Assembly (NCBI RefSeq): GCF_030028105.1
Contig: NC_092380.1
Span: 20,857,144 to 20,921,143, forward strand
Origin: Mobula birostris
Taxonomy: Eukaryota
DNA length: 64,000 bases
Direction: 5' to 3'
The notes under the pieces are model-generated. The model did not search any database, was not told where the DNA came from, and saw nothing but the letters and a program-made list of their open reading frames with translations. A program made the translations under genes and the position numbers. This document shows positions 10,803 to 21,585 of the stretch, in pieces. Within the stretch, counting starts at the first letter, position 1. Each line of letters starts with the position of its first letter.

Positions 10803-13800
10803 TGTACGGGGTCTTTCTTTTGTTACATTTAAAATGGCGATTTTTGTTATGTTAATCTGTGGAATGCGGCTTTGTTGTGTTTTAACGCTGCAGAGAGTTT
10901 GCGCTAGCAGTTTATTGTGGTTTAGAGGGTGATAAGAGGGTGCTATTAGCCAATGGGTGGTTATGTATCGTTTTGTTTTCGGATGCCATGCTGTATGATA
11001 TGACTGTGGACTGAGTTTTGGCGGGGGGTCGGGAGGAGAGACGAGGAGGACGGCGGACGTGCGGAGAGGCTCCGGTCGATCACTTCGGGTGGTCCCGAGC
11101 CGTGGGTCGACGGAATTCGGGTGGTCGTCTGACGTCGAACTTGAGCTCCAACGGTAGCGCGCGAAGAACTTGGACTTTGAATAAGTGTTGGCGCCTTTTT
11201 TTTTTCATTACTTTCCTCTCTGTATCACATGTATATTAATGCCCTAGAATTAGTAATATCTATAAAGTGTATGTGTTAAAATTTACTGGGTGTGCTGGCT
11301 GATGATTGATGTTTGTGATTGATTCGGGCGACGATTGACCCTGAGGGGACTGCTGAAGCAGGTGCTGGGCGGGATTTCCCCTAGACATACACGAGCCAAA
11401 ATAACGGAACGTTACAAGTGGGGGCTACCGTCAGGGATTTGGATTTTTTTTCGGGAAAGTTGTACTTGTGGTTGCGGTAAGTGGTGTGAAGATGGAGCGA
11501 GATAAGATTGTAAGTTGGTGTGAAATGGAGGAGGTACCGGTGAATCATGCGTGTGTGGTAAGCGGGGTCGATTATCGCATTCCGGCAGAGGTACTGGTGC
11601 GAGGGTTGAGTTTGATTAAAGGTATCGGGCAGGTAGAACTTGTAGCTAGAAGGGGTGGGAAAGAACTGGAGGCTTGCTGGATGTTGGTGCGGGCGAGTGC
11701 CGACGTCATGGCTTTAGAATTACCAGCGACAGTCCATGTCCAGGGGGAGGCGGGGCCGTGGGGTCTCCATACCCTCCCCGAGGACGCAAGTGAGGAGGTG
11801 CCGGAGGAGCTAGTTGAGGCCCCCGGCCGGGTGCCCGTAGCAAGAGGTAGAGGTGCGGAGTGGGAAGGTTTGGCCAGGCCTCGCCCCCATGGGCTTGAGG
11901 AGACTGCCGAGTTAACGGCTGCCATTATCTCCCTGGCGAGAAGGGTTGAGGTGCACCGCCCGAAGCTGAGAATTTTCTCGGGAGCCAAGCCCACCCCGGA
12001 AGGGGAGGATGACTATGAGACGCTGGTGTTGGTTTGTCCGGATCCGGTGGAGACCGGTGGTGCTGCCCTGTTGGTGGGGACTAACTCCCCTCTGGTGCGA
12101 CGGCTCTTGGGAGCCTGTAAGAAGAAGGGGGGGGAGAACTTTTTGGAGACCCTCTCGGTACACCCCGTGTTCCGAGGAGTGTACGAAGGAGTGAGTGACC
12201 CCCAGGGGCTGGACCCGGAGTGCAAACGAGGGACGGTGTGGTGCACTCAGGCGAGGCCTAAGGTGATACAGCCAGGGGAGGCGGCATTAGTGATGGGAAC
12301 CCCCAGATTCCCCGGATTGCCGCCGGGAGAGGCCCTGCTAGTAGACGCCCCCGACGACCTGGAAAGGGAGTTCTGGTTCCCGGCTGGGGCGCTGGTGAGA
12401 CCTGAATTGCAGAGGCCCTCAGCTGTACAGGCACGGCGGATGGGGGTGATGATACGGAACATAACGGAGAGGGAGATCACCTTTAAGCGCGGGATGCCCC
12501 TCGCGCACTTGTTCCCGGTGACGGTGATGTCCAGCGCCCCTGTGAAGCCCACTGGAAGAGAACTATTGGGAGACGGGGGGCGGCTGACCGAGGAGGCCTT
12601 TAATTTTGAAAACTCCCCTGTACCGCCGGCGTATAAGAGCAGGCTGGTGGAGAAGATGCTGAAGTTAGGGGATGTCTTTTCTCAGGGCGAGTTTGATGTA
12701 GGGTTTTCCAAGAGCACTCGGCACACCATTCGGGTAACAAATGACACCCCGTTTAGGGAGAGGTCGCGGCGGTTGGCCCCAGCAGATGTGGAGGATGTGC
12801 GGCAGCACTTGCGGCAGTTGAAAGATGCCGGGATTATTGCGGAGGCCCGAAGCCCATATGCGTCCCCCATAGTGGTGGCAAGGAAGAAAAATGGGAAGGT
12901 ACGCATGTGCGTGGACTATAGGACCCTGAACCGCCGCACTGTTCCCGACCAATATACGGTCCCGAGGGTGGAAGATGCATTGGCCTGTCTAAGTGGTGCA
13001 CAGTGGTTCAGTGTATTGGATTTGCGGAGTGGGTATTACCAGATTCCGATGAGCGAGACTGATAAGGAGAAGACAGCCTTTATCTGTCCCCTGGGGTTTT
13101 TCCAGTTCGAACGAATGCCCCAAGGTATCTCGGGGGCCCCAGCCACCTTTCAGCGGCTCATGGAGCGGACAGTGGGGGACATGAACCTGCTGGAGGTATT
13201 GGTGTACCTGGACGACCTGATAGTGTTCGGATCTACGTTGGAGGAACATGAGGAGCGGCTGCTGAAGGTGCTGAGTCGGCTGAAAGAGGAAGGGTTAAAA
13301 CTTTCCCTGGATAAATGCCAGTTCTGTAAGACGTCAGTCAGTTATGTTGGGCACATAATCTCGCGAAATGGAGTGGCCACCGATCCGGATAAGATAGCCG
13401 CAGTCACCACCTGGCCGAGACCTCAGAAGGTGAGCGCCTTACGCTCGTTTTTGGGGTTTTGCGGATATTACCGGCGATTCGTGAAAGGATATGCGAAAAT
13501 GAGTCATCCATTGAACCAGCTGTTGTGTGGCTATCCACCTATGGGGGGGAGGAGGAGGAAGGGAGACCGAGGGTCGGAGGTAGGAGGATACTTGAACCCG
13601 GGGGAGCCTTTTGGAGTGAGGTGGGATGCTCAATGTGAGGAGGCGTTCCAATCTCTAAAAAGGGCGCTGACACAGGCCCCAGTGTTGGCTTTTGCTGATC
13701 CCCGGAAGCCGTATGTTCTACACACTGATGCCAGTCACGAGGGTCTTGGGGCTGTTCTGTACCAGGAACAGGGAAACGGATTGAGGCCAGTGGCGTTTGT

Positions 13801-15141
13801 CAGTCGGAGCTTGTCGCCATCTGAGAGAAACTATCCCACTCACAAGCTGGAGTTCTTGGCATTGAAATGGGCGGTGGTAGACAAGTTGAGTGACTACCTA
13901 TACGGGGCCCAGTTTGAAGTGAGAACTGATAACAACCCCCTCACTTATATCCTGACTTCGGCGAAGCTGGACGCTACTGGGCACCGGTGGGTAGCAGCCT
14001 TGTCTGCCTATGAGTTCAGCCTGAAGTACCGCCCGGGGAGTCGGAACATCGATGCAGATGCCCTGTCTCGTCGGGCGCACGACGAGTCGGGCACGGCCGA
14101 GGAGTGGAAGAGTGTCCCTGCCCAGGGAGTAAAGGCCATGTGTCAAGTTGGGAGCGACGGGGAAGTAGGAGCACAGATGGGAACGGATCGGGCAGTAGAT
14201 CAACTGGGGGCTGACGGTGACGCGCTGCCCACTGGTTACTGTAATGTGACTGCTCTGAGGAACCGGCAGCTGCCGGAGTTGAGTCACCAGGAAGTACAGG
14301 CGGCTCAGCGTGATGACCCAAGCCTTGGCACTATCTGGTACGCGGTTAGCCAGGGTGATATGGGGCAGGTGGAGAAGGCGAAACATGCCTCCGTTCCTCT
14401 ACTACTGAAGGAGTGGCCCCGGTTGAAGCTGAAGAACCACGTCCTGTACCGAGTCACTTCGCCTCCGGACCACCCCCGGCGCTGGCAGCTGGTCATGCCC
14501 GAGAAGTATCGAAAGGCTGTGCTTCAGGCTCTACATGATGATTCCGGGCACTTAGGGGTAGAGAAGACCTATGGATTAGTCAAGGACCGGTTTTACTGGC
14601 CCCGGATGAGGGGGGAGGTGGAAGAATACTGTAAGACCTGTAGCCGTTGCGTCAGGAGGAAGACCTTGCCTGCGCAGGCGGCTCCGTTATCCCACTTGCA
14701 GAGTGCAGGACCCATGGACCTGGTGTGTATGGATTTCCTGTCTATTGAGCCGGACACCAGCAATACCGCGAATGTTTTGGTCCTCACGGATCACTACACT
14801 AGATATGCGCAGGCTTTTCCTACTAAGGATCAGAAAGCGACTACAGTGGCGAAGGTGTTATGGGAGAAGTACTTTGTTCATTATGGCCTTCCCCGGCGGA
14901 TCCACAGTGATCAGGGACGGGACTTCGAGAGCAGGCTTATCCATGAATTGCTGGATATGCTTGGGGTTGAAAAGTCCAGAACCACCCCCTATCACCCTCA
15001 GGGTGATCCTCAGCCCGAGAGGTTTAACCGGACCCTGCTGGACATGCTCGGCACCTTGGAGATTGGACGGAAGAGTAAGTGGAGTCAGCACATCGCCCAT
15101 TTCCCCTAGACATACACGAGCCAAAATAACGGAACGTTACA
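10803..15141 (+). mobile_element. Gypsy LTR retrotransposon with PNMA-like Gag, inserted in the Gmr1 3' LTR; two internal deletions
   Basis: 4-bp TSD ATTG (10799-10802 / 15142-15145). 5' LTR 10803-11416 (TG...CA). Degenerate tRNA-Pro PBS tgggggctaccgtcagggattt at 11419. Only the last 43 bp of the 3' LTR remain (15099-15141, identical to 11374-11416). Confidence 0.93.
11492..15109 (+). CDS. Uninterrupted Gag(N-terminal)-Pol fusion ORF: PNMA-like N-terminus, dUTPase-like segment, RT, RNase H, C-truncated integrase
   Basis: 1213-codon ORF (track 11468-15109, first ATG at 11492). Motifs LRIFSGAKPTPEGEDDYE, LDLRSGYYQ, YLDDLIV, LHTDAS, GHLGVEKT..CKTCSRC, CMDF, IHSDQG, ERFNRTL. No zinc knuckle or protease DTG. 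Confidence 0.85.
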   Translation: MERDKIVSWCEMEEVPVNHACVVSGVDYRIPAEVLVRGLSLIKGIGQVELVARRGGKELEACWMLVRASADVMALELPATVHVQGEAGPWGLHTLPEDASEEVPEELVEAPGRVPVARGRGAEWEGLARPRPHGLEETAELTAAIISLARRVEVHRPKLRIFSGAKPTPEGEDDYETLVLVCPDPVETGGAALLVGTNSPLVRRLLGACKKKGGENFLETLSVHPVFRGVYEGVSDPQGLDPECKRGTVWCTQARPKVIQPGEAALVMGTPRFPGLPPGEALLVDAPDDLEREFWFPAGALVRPELQRPSAVQARRMGVMIRNITEREITFKRGMPLAHLFPVTVMSSAPVKPTGRELLGDGGRLTEEAFNFENSPVPPAYKSRLVEKMLKLGDVFSQGEFDVGFSKSTRHTIRVTNDTPFRERSRRLAPADVEDVRQHLRQLKDAGIIAEARSPYASPIVVARKKNGKVRMCVDYRTLNRRTVPDQYTVPRVEDALACLSGAQWFSVLDLRSGYYQIPMSETDKEKTAFICPLGFFQFERMPQGISGAPATFQRLMERTVGDMNLLEVLVYLDDLIVFGSTLEEHEERLLKVLSRLKEEGLKLSLDKCQFCKTSVSYVGHIISRNGVATDPDKIAAVTTWPRPQKVSALRSFLGFCGYYRRFVKGYAKMSHPLNQLLCGYPPMGGRRRKGDRGSEVGGYLNPGEPFGVRWDAQCEEAFQSLKRALTQAPVLAFADPRKPYVLHTDASHEGLGAVLYQEQGNGLRPVAFVSRSLSPSERNYPTHKLEFLALKWAVVDKLSDYLYGAQFEVRTDNNPLTYILTSAKLDATGHRWVAALSAYEFSLKYRPGSRNIDADALSRRAHDESGTAEEWKSVPAQGVKAMCQVGSDGEVGAQMGTDRAVDQLGADGDALPTGYCNVTALRNRQLPELSHQEVQAAQRDDPSLGTIWYAVSQGDMGQVEKAKHASVPLLLKEWPRLKLKNHVLYRVTSPPDHPRRWQLVMPEKYRKAVLQALHDDSGHLGVEKTYGLVKDRFYWPRMRGEVEEYCKTCSRCVRRKTLPAQAAPLSHLQSAGPMDLVCMDFLSIEPDTSNTANVLVLTDHYTRYAQAFPTKDQKATTVAKVLWEKYFVHYGLPRRIHSDQGRDFESRLIHELLDMLGVEKSRTTPYHPQGDPQPERFNRTLLDMLGTLEIGRKSKWSQHIAHFP

Positions 15142-15371
15142 ATTGTAAGACTGTATCTTTTTAACCCTAGACTTAAAGAAGCTTGGCTTTTCATCCACAT
15201 ATATTTCCACACTGACTGGTTTACTTACATTATTGCTAACCTGTTTGATTTATCTTCACTACTGTATTGCGTAGTTACTAATAAATATTATTAGTTTATA
15301 GCAATACTACACTCCAAAGTGTTTCCATCTCTGCTGGTTCTTTATTCCCGTCACAGGGTACGTGACACAGA

Positions 15372-16149
15372 AGAAACTAAGGACCTTCGGTGGAGGGACC
15401 TGTTGGTTTGTGCAGCTGCTCGCCAACTTGAAGCCTGTTCGGGAGATCTTTTTGGAGTCGGCGAGGTAAGGTCGCTGGTTGGGCTTCTGGCGACAGGCGA
15501 AATATCATTTGCAGAGGCTTACAAGCGATTGGAAGAGCATGCGCAACGGCTCTTTCCTGTGTGCTGGAGACCAACAACTCTTCATCCAGTCTCTCATCAG
15601 AAGACAGGGAGTGCAGGGAAGAAGGCGGAGTGCAGGGCTCAGTACTCACATATCCGATCGTTATGTCACTCCCGGCGGAAAGATGCGGCCCAAGACAGTC
15701 ATCTCGGGGGCCTGGAAATCTGCTCATCTCCAAGAGCGAGCACTTCCGCCGGGGATCTTTGACTTTTGGTCAGGGATCGTTTCAGCTGAGGGAGTCCCCG
15801 ACCCTCAGCCAGTTTGGGAGGTCTGTCCCAAGAATTGGGACTTGCTGCGTCCCATTGAACCATCTGAGATTTCCTCAGTTATCCAGAGTATGTCGGGGGC
15901 GGCAGCGGGTCCTGACAGGATTGGAGTTCAACAGCTTCGCCAGACCAACTCCTCGTTCTGGGCGGCTTATTACAACCTTCTATCGGTCATAGGGGAACTT
16001 CCCTCCCCCCTTAAACATTCAAGAATAACCTTGGTACCGAAACATACTGGTGACTTGTCCTCACTGTCAAGTTATCGCCCAACTAACATCTCGTCTGTTG
16101 TCATCAGGGCGTTTCATCGCATCCTTGCCTCCAGATGGTCAACGGTATT
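15372..16149 (+). mobile_element. R2-like (RLE-clade) non-LTR retrotransposon internal fragment, copy 1 (pre-RT region to RT motif 2)
   Basis: RAQYSHIRSL.HSRRKDAA(K)TVISGAW, FDFWSGI, AAGPDRI, SRITLVPK, YRPTNISSVVIRAFHRILASRW resemble R2 regions -1/0/1/2. One frameshift near 15690. Confidence 0.75.
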
Positions 16150-18308
16150 ACATCAATTTGATCAGCGATGTAAGCAAGGTAATGCTCAGAATCATCTTGA
16201 ACAGACTGAGACCTCAGGCAGAAGACATTATTGCTGAGGAACAAGCTGGCTTCCGTAAGGGCAGAAGTACCAATGAGCAGATTTTCAACCTCCGCACCCT
16301 TTGTGAGAAACACCTTCGGCACCAGAGAGAGTTCTACCACGACTTCATAGACTTCAAGAAGGCATTTGACAGAGTCTGGCATGATGCCTTATGGGCCACC
16401 ATGAAGAAATTCAACATGGGGCAGAAGCTGATTCATACAATCTATCAGCTTTATGCCAAGGCAACCAGTGCAGTACTCGCTCAGGGCACCATCGGGGAGT
16501 GGTTCCATACCTCTGCAGGAGTCCATCAGGGCTGCTTCCTCTCTCCCACTCTCTTCATGTCTTCCTGGAATGGATCACGAGTGTTGCCCTTGAAGATCAT
16601 GTGGGCACAGTCAGCATCAGAGGAAGAAACATCACAAACCTAAGATTTGCTGACGACATTGATGGACTTGCAGGAAAAGAGAACGAACTGGCCAACCTGG
16701 TCAGCCATCTTGAAAGAACCTCCACAAAGGTTGGAATGGAAATAAGTGCCGAGAAAATCAAGCTCATGGCATATGCCTATTATGTCATCACAACAGACAT
16801 CTTAGTCCATGGTCAGAAACTTGAGACAGTACAGCAGTTCAAATACCTGGGAGCAATCATCAGTGATGATGGATCAAGACCAGAAGTCCTGGCAAGAACC
16901 GCACAGACAATGACTGTGCTATCCAAACTCAAGACAATATGGAGGGACAGCAACATCACCATGAAGTACAAGATCAGACTCCTGCGTGCATTGGAATTCT
17001 CCATCTTTCTGTACGTATCTGAGACATGGACCCTCACAACACAGCTACAGAGGAAGATGCAGGTATTGGAAATGATGTGCCATCGCAACATCTTGGGCAT
17101 CTCATACTTGGACCACATCACAAACAAGCACATCTGCAAGACCATCCAGCACCACATTGGCCCCCATGAAGACCTTCTCACAACAGTGAAGAAAGCTGAG
17201 ATGGTACGGCCACATAACAAGATCCAGCGGCCTTCTACAAGGAACTGTGGAGGGGAAAAGAAGAAGAGGCAGACAGAGGAAATGATGGACGGATAACATT
17301 AAAGAATGGACAGGGAAAACATTTGCGGTGACCCAGGCTCTGCGACACAACTGCGACAGATGGAACAGACTGGTGCAAAGCTTGTCATGACGGCGCCCCA
17401 ACGACTCCACCAGGAGTTAAGGGTGCAAGGCAAGGCTACGTAGATACGTTCCAATGAGACAGGGAAAGGATGGTAGAGTACAGGAACCATGGTGTACAAA
17501 GGCTTGTTGAAAATCTAGTCAAGAAGAAAAGCTAATGAAAGGTTTAAAAAAAATCTAGGTAATGATAGAGATCTAGAAAATTATAAGGCTAGCAGGAAGG
17601 AGCTTAAGAATGAAATTAGGAGAGCCAGAAGGGGCCACGAGAAGGCCTTGGCGAGCAGGATTAAGGAAAACTCTGAGGCATTCTACCAGTATGTGAACAG
17701 CAAGAGGATAAGATAAGACAGATGTTGTTCTCTTATTCAAGAAAGGGAGTATAGATAGCCCAGGAAATTATAGAACTGCGAGTCTTACTTTAGCAGTTGG
17801 TAAGTTGATGGGGAAGATCCAGAGAAGCAGGATCTATGAACATTTGGAGAGGCATAACATGATTAGGAATAGCCAGCATGGCTTTGACAAAGGCAAGTCG
17901 TGCCTTACAAGCTTGATTGAATTTTTTGAGGATGTGACTAAACACATTGTTGAAGATAGAGCGGTAGATGTAGTGTATATGGATTTCAGCAAGGCATTTG
18001 ACAAGGTACCCCATGCAAGGCTTATTGAGAAAGTAAGGAAGCATGGGATCCAAGGGGACTTCGCTTTGTGGATCCAGAATTGGCTTGACCACAGAAGGCA
18101 AAGAGTGGTTGTAGACAGGTCATATTCTGCATGGAGGTTGGTGACCAGTGGTGTGCTTCAGGGATCTGTTCTGGGACCCCTTATCTGTGATTTTTATAAA
18201 TGACCTCGATGAGGAAGTGGAGGAATGTGTTAGTAAATTTGCTGATGACACAAAGGTTGGGGTGTTGTGGATAGTATGGAGGGCTGTCAGAGGTTACAGC
18301 GGGATCAA

Positions 18309-19083
18309 CAGTCTCCAGCCATCTGTCCGTCGATCCAAAGCTCAACAGGCAAATAGCAAAAGCCCCACTGCCATGGCCAAGCTGTCAAAGAGAGTGTGGA
18401 AAAACAAGCTCACCGCAGCCACCAAGATTGCAGTGTACAGAGCCTGCAGCAAACTGAGTACTCTTCTCTACGGCAGCAGGAGTTGGACAACCTATGCGCC
18501 CCAACAGCACTGCCTCAACAGCTTCCACCTACGGTGCTTGCGTGGGATCCTGGGTATTTCCTGGAAAGACCGTGTACCAAACAAGGACATCCTGGACCAG
18601 GCCATCATGCCAAGCATGTATGTCCTTCTCACATAGCAACGACTGCGCTGGCTTGGCCACGTCCGCTGCACGCAGGATGGCCGCGTCCCCAAGGATATCC
18701 TATACAGAGAACTCGCCACAGGATCCCGGCCCATAGGGCGCTCACTGCTGTGTTACAGGGACGCTTGTAAACGTGACCTGAAGTCTGCTGATATCAGGGT
18801 GGACACTTGGGAAGAGACAGCTGCAGATCGCTGCACCTGGGGGACAGACTGTACGTACAGGCATTACCAATGCAGAGGAAAAACGAACTCGACTGTGGTC
18901 GGACAGAAGAGAGAGAAGGAAAGCTGCGGCAGTGACTACCCAGCCACAGCCATCAGCCTTCATGTACAGCAGCTGTGCCAAGGACTGCCACTCAAGAATC
19001 CGCTTATTCAACCACAGCCAACGCTGTTCCACACCCAATTGAGTCCTAAACCGGGCGTATCCATTGTCTACTTAGACAGAGCC
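18309..19083 (+). mobile_element. RTE-clade LINE 3' fragment (second family)
   Basis: TKIAVYRAC..STLLYGS.SWTTY, FHLRCLRGILGISWKDRVPN, RLRWLGHV, PKDILY.EL, then a C-terminal CSSCAKDCHSRIRLFNHSQRC zinc finger. Confidence 0.85.
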
Positions 19084-20029
19084 ATTAAAATTAAATAATT
19101 AAATAGATGGTAGTAACTATATTTTAATTTGAGTATATTTGCTGTCTTCTAAACATTGATTGCCTGTACCTTTGTGTTTGTGTTGTAAATAAACTTTTAT
19201 TGATTTGTAATTAAACAAACATAACTTTGAAGGAATTGCAAGATCTACAACAGATCACAAAGAACAGTAGAGAATGAATCAGCCTTTGCTTCATTCTATG
19301 AACTATCATAAGTACAGAGGATCAGCGTGATCTTGAGGTCCGTGTCTATCAGACACTTGAAGCTGCTGTGTAGGTTGATAGTGTTGTAAAGGAGGCATAT
19401 GGTGTGTTGGCCTTCATCAACCATGGGATTGCATTCAAGAGCCATGAGGTAATGTTACAGCTATACAAGACCTTAGTTAGAACCACTTGGAGTACTGTGT
19501 TCAGTTCTGGTCACCTCACTATGGAAAGGATGTGGATACTATAGAAAGAGTGCAGAGGAGATTTATAAGGATGTTGCCTGAATTGGAGAGCATGCCTTAT
19601 GAGAATAGGTTGAGTGAACTGGGCCTTTTCTTCTTGAAGCAACAGAGGATGAGAGGTGATCTGACAGATGCGTATAAGATGATGAGAGGCATTACGTGTG
19701 TATAGCCAAATGCTTTTTTACCAGGGTCGAAATGGCTAACATGAGGGGCCATAGTCTTAAGGTACTTGGAAGCAGTTACAACGGGGATGTCAAATGCAAG
19801 TTTTTTCACACAGACCGTGGTAGGTGCGTGAAATGCACTGCCAGCAATGGTGGTAGAGACGGATACAATAGAGTCTTTTAAGAGACTCTTACATAGGTAC
19901 ACAGAGCTTAAAAAAAATAGAGGGCTATGCGGTTCGGAAATTCTAGGCAGTTTCTCGAGTAGGTTACATGGTCAGCACAACATTGTGGGCCGAAGGGCCT
20001 GTAATGTGCTGTGATTTCTATGTTCTATA

Positions 20030-20385
20030 TTCAAAGCAAATTTGGACAAGGCACAATTGCAACAACAGGAAGTGATTAACTTGGGACAGAAAATTTAATG
20101 AGGCAAATGAAAGATCACTTAAGATCACACAAAGGTCGTTATATCATCAAAACCTCCTACAACAGTCCAGCAACTTCAATTATTTCATGGTTTGCACAAC
20201 TACAGCAGAGTATGGGTCAATTCATAAGCTGAAATTACTAAACCCCTCACTAGTCTGCTAAAAGGCAGCAAGCACTCCACTGTCCCTGTGACATTGAATG
20301 CAAAACAGATGGAAAATTTTCAAACTTTAAAGGTGATATCACCTGCACTACAAATCCCTGATACAGGAAGACCATTTACCCGACA
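20030..20385 (+). pseudogene. Retrovirus-like (ERV) pol relic: RT thumb/connection; not in the ORF track
   Basis: Manual translation through stops: FKANLDKAQLQQQEVINLGQKI..PPTTVQQLQLFHGLHNYSRVWVNS*AEITKPLTSLLKG..FQTLKVISPALQIPDTGRPFT. Confidence 0.65.
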
Positions 20386-20640
20386 CAAAGTGCTGGAGGG
20401 ATCCATCAAGGCAGATGTGAAGAGGAGTGAGCAGAAGCAAAGAGAGAGCATAGACAGCTAAGGGAAGTATCAACATCAGCACCTCCAAAACTTGCCACAA
20501 CATTTACTCGCAAAAACTGCAGCTAGGCCTGCCACTCCAAAATTAACCTGTACAGCCATAGGAGGTGTTGCAGCTCTACAACAGACTGACCCATAGAGTA
20601 CACTCCACCATCCTTTGAGATAGACAGATGCGATCAACGC
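20386..20640 (+). mobile_element. RTE-clade LINE extreme 3' end (third fragment), old
   Basis: TFTRKNCS*ACHSKINLYSHRRCCSSTTD* parallels the zinc finger at about 18960-19030. The following 3' UTR ccatcctttgagatagacagatgc resembles 19061-19083. Confidence 0.6.
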
Positions 20641-20746
20641 AGAAAACCAGGTACTGGCAAAGGGTTGACAAACTTTTTCTTGCAACCCCACTAATTGCTA
20701 CGGAAGAAGAAGCAGGTCATTTGGGGTGATGGCCAGTGCTTTAGAG

Positions 20747-21585
20747 CAGCCATTCTCAACAGGTGCCCCCTTGGGGGCCCTGGCACATTTGAAGGGGGCC
20801 ACTGACTGAAAACTGTGAGAAAGGGAGCCCCAAGGGTTTATGGGGGCCCTGGTAACTGAACCTTTGAAATACCCAAGCAGCAATCTTCGCTGGATTCAAC
20901 AGTTTCCCTCCTATTTATATTATCTTTCCAATACACCATTTGAATTTGGCGCACCTGGTAAGTTCAGTGCTTAAGCTCCTCCCACACAGCCTCACTTCAG
21001 AGTCAGTCACGAATCAGACTGCACCAGGTCAACGTATTCAATCAAGGGTTCTCACATCCATTATCACCATACTTCACTCTCCGAAGATCAGCATCTTGCT
21101 AGTCCTTTCTTAGCCTAGTAACCCTTTAAAGTATATGTGTTTGGATATAGTATACGTTAAGATAGGTTGTGAAAAGTGTTTATTACTGCATATGAAGTCA
21201 CCAGAAAAAAAATCCCCTGGCTCAGTGTGACAGCATTTTTTGTCAGTAACGTATCTGTATTTCACGCACTTATTATTTTCAGAAATAATTCCACCCATGA
21301 GTTCCTTGGCGAAAAAAAGTGTCGGCAATATTCAGCGGAATACTTATCGTAATGATTTCATCGCATCTCCACAAAACCCATCTTTGCTTATTTGTTTGAA
21401 CTGCATGACTACATTGTCAAATGAAAGCATGAGGCCAAGCACATTGAAAAAACATTTGGATACCTCGCATCCAGAGAAGAAGGATAAACACTTAAGATTT
21501 CTTCAAAAACCTTCGAGATAATTTCAAGAGAAGGCCAATGCTAAAACAAATGCTTACTCAAACATCACAGAAGTTAGAGAAGAGC
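20747..21585 (+). mobile_element. hAT (Buster/Charlie) DNA transposon, left end plus N-terminal BED-finger fragment; right part not seen
   Basis: TIR CAGCCATTCTCAAC preceded by CTTTAGAG (nnnTAnnn target typical of Buster). Protein fragment ICLNCMTTLSNESMRPSTLKKHLDTSHPEKKDK at about 21390-21490. Confidence 0.75.

Larger units (their letters stand above)
5043..15367 (+). mobile_element. Gmr1-like Gypsy LTR retrotransposon (gag-PR-IN-RT-RH order), degraded
   Basis: Partial 5' LTR 5043-5394, PBS, gag 5498-6600, protease DTG at about 6766, integrase then RT in ORF 7460-9466, RNase H 9578-10007, PPT 10120-10131, 3' LTR 10132-10802 plus 15146-15367 (TG...CA). Confidence 0.92.
4498..17435 (+). mobile_element. 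RTE-clade LINE (pieces 4498-5042 and 16150-17435) inserted into the CR1 and itself interrupted
   Basis: Endonuclease start ENITIATWNVR at about 5010-5040. RT motifs EEQAGFRKGRST, FIDFKKAFDRVWH, NLRFADDID. (gcaag)n tail. Degenerate 10-bp TSD ctacataggt (4488-4497) / ctacgtagat (17436-17445). Confidence 0.8.
2378..20028 (+). mobile_element. CR1-clade LINE (host element), split into pieces 2378-3310, 3768-4497, 17436-18308 and 19319-20028 by nested insertions
   Basis: ORF1 esterase motifs (VVCLPGARVRDV, VHIGTNDI), ORF2 start CVYFNARSIMNKADELRAW, endonuclease 3928-4419 (GDFNFPNIDW, SDHNSI), RT 17805-18260, 3' tail gggccgaagggcctgtaatgtgctgtgatttctatgttctat at about 20028. The pieces are colinear across the junctions. 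Confidence 0.85.

Noticed and set aside
11492-12020. Possible host PNMA gene
   Set aside because: It lies inside an LTR/PBS/TSD-bounded retrotransposon and is fused to pol, so no gene symbol is assigned.
15368-16160. 28S rDNA target flanking the R2 fragments
   Set aside because: No rRNA-like sequence or R2 target (AAGG/TAGC context) is seen at either copy.
19084-19318. AT-rich spacer with aataaa on + and a possible minus-strand LINE 3' end (ttttattgattt)
   Set aside because: Too short and degenerate to assign family or strand. Excluded from the orientation count; it could add one minus-strand fragment.
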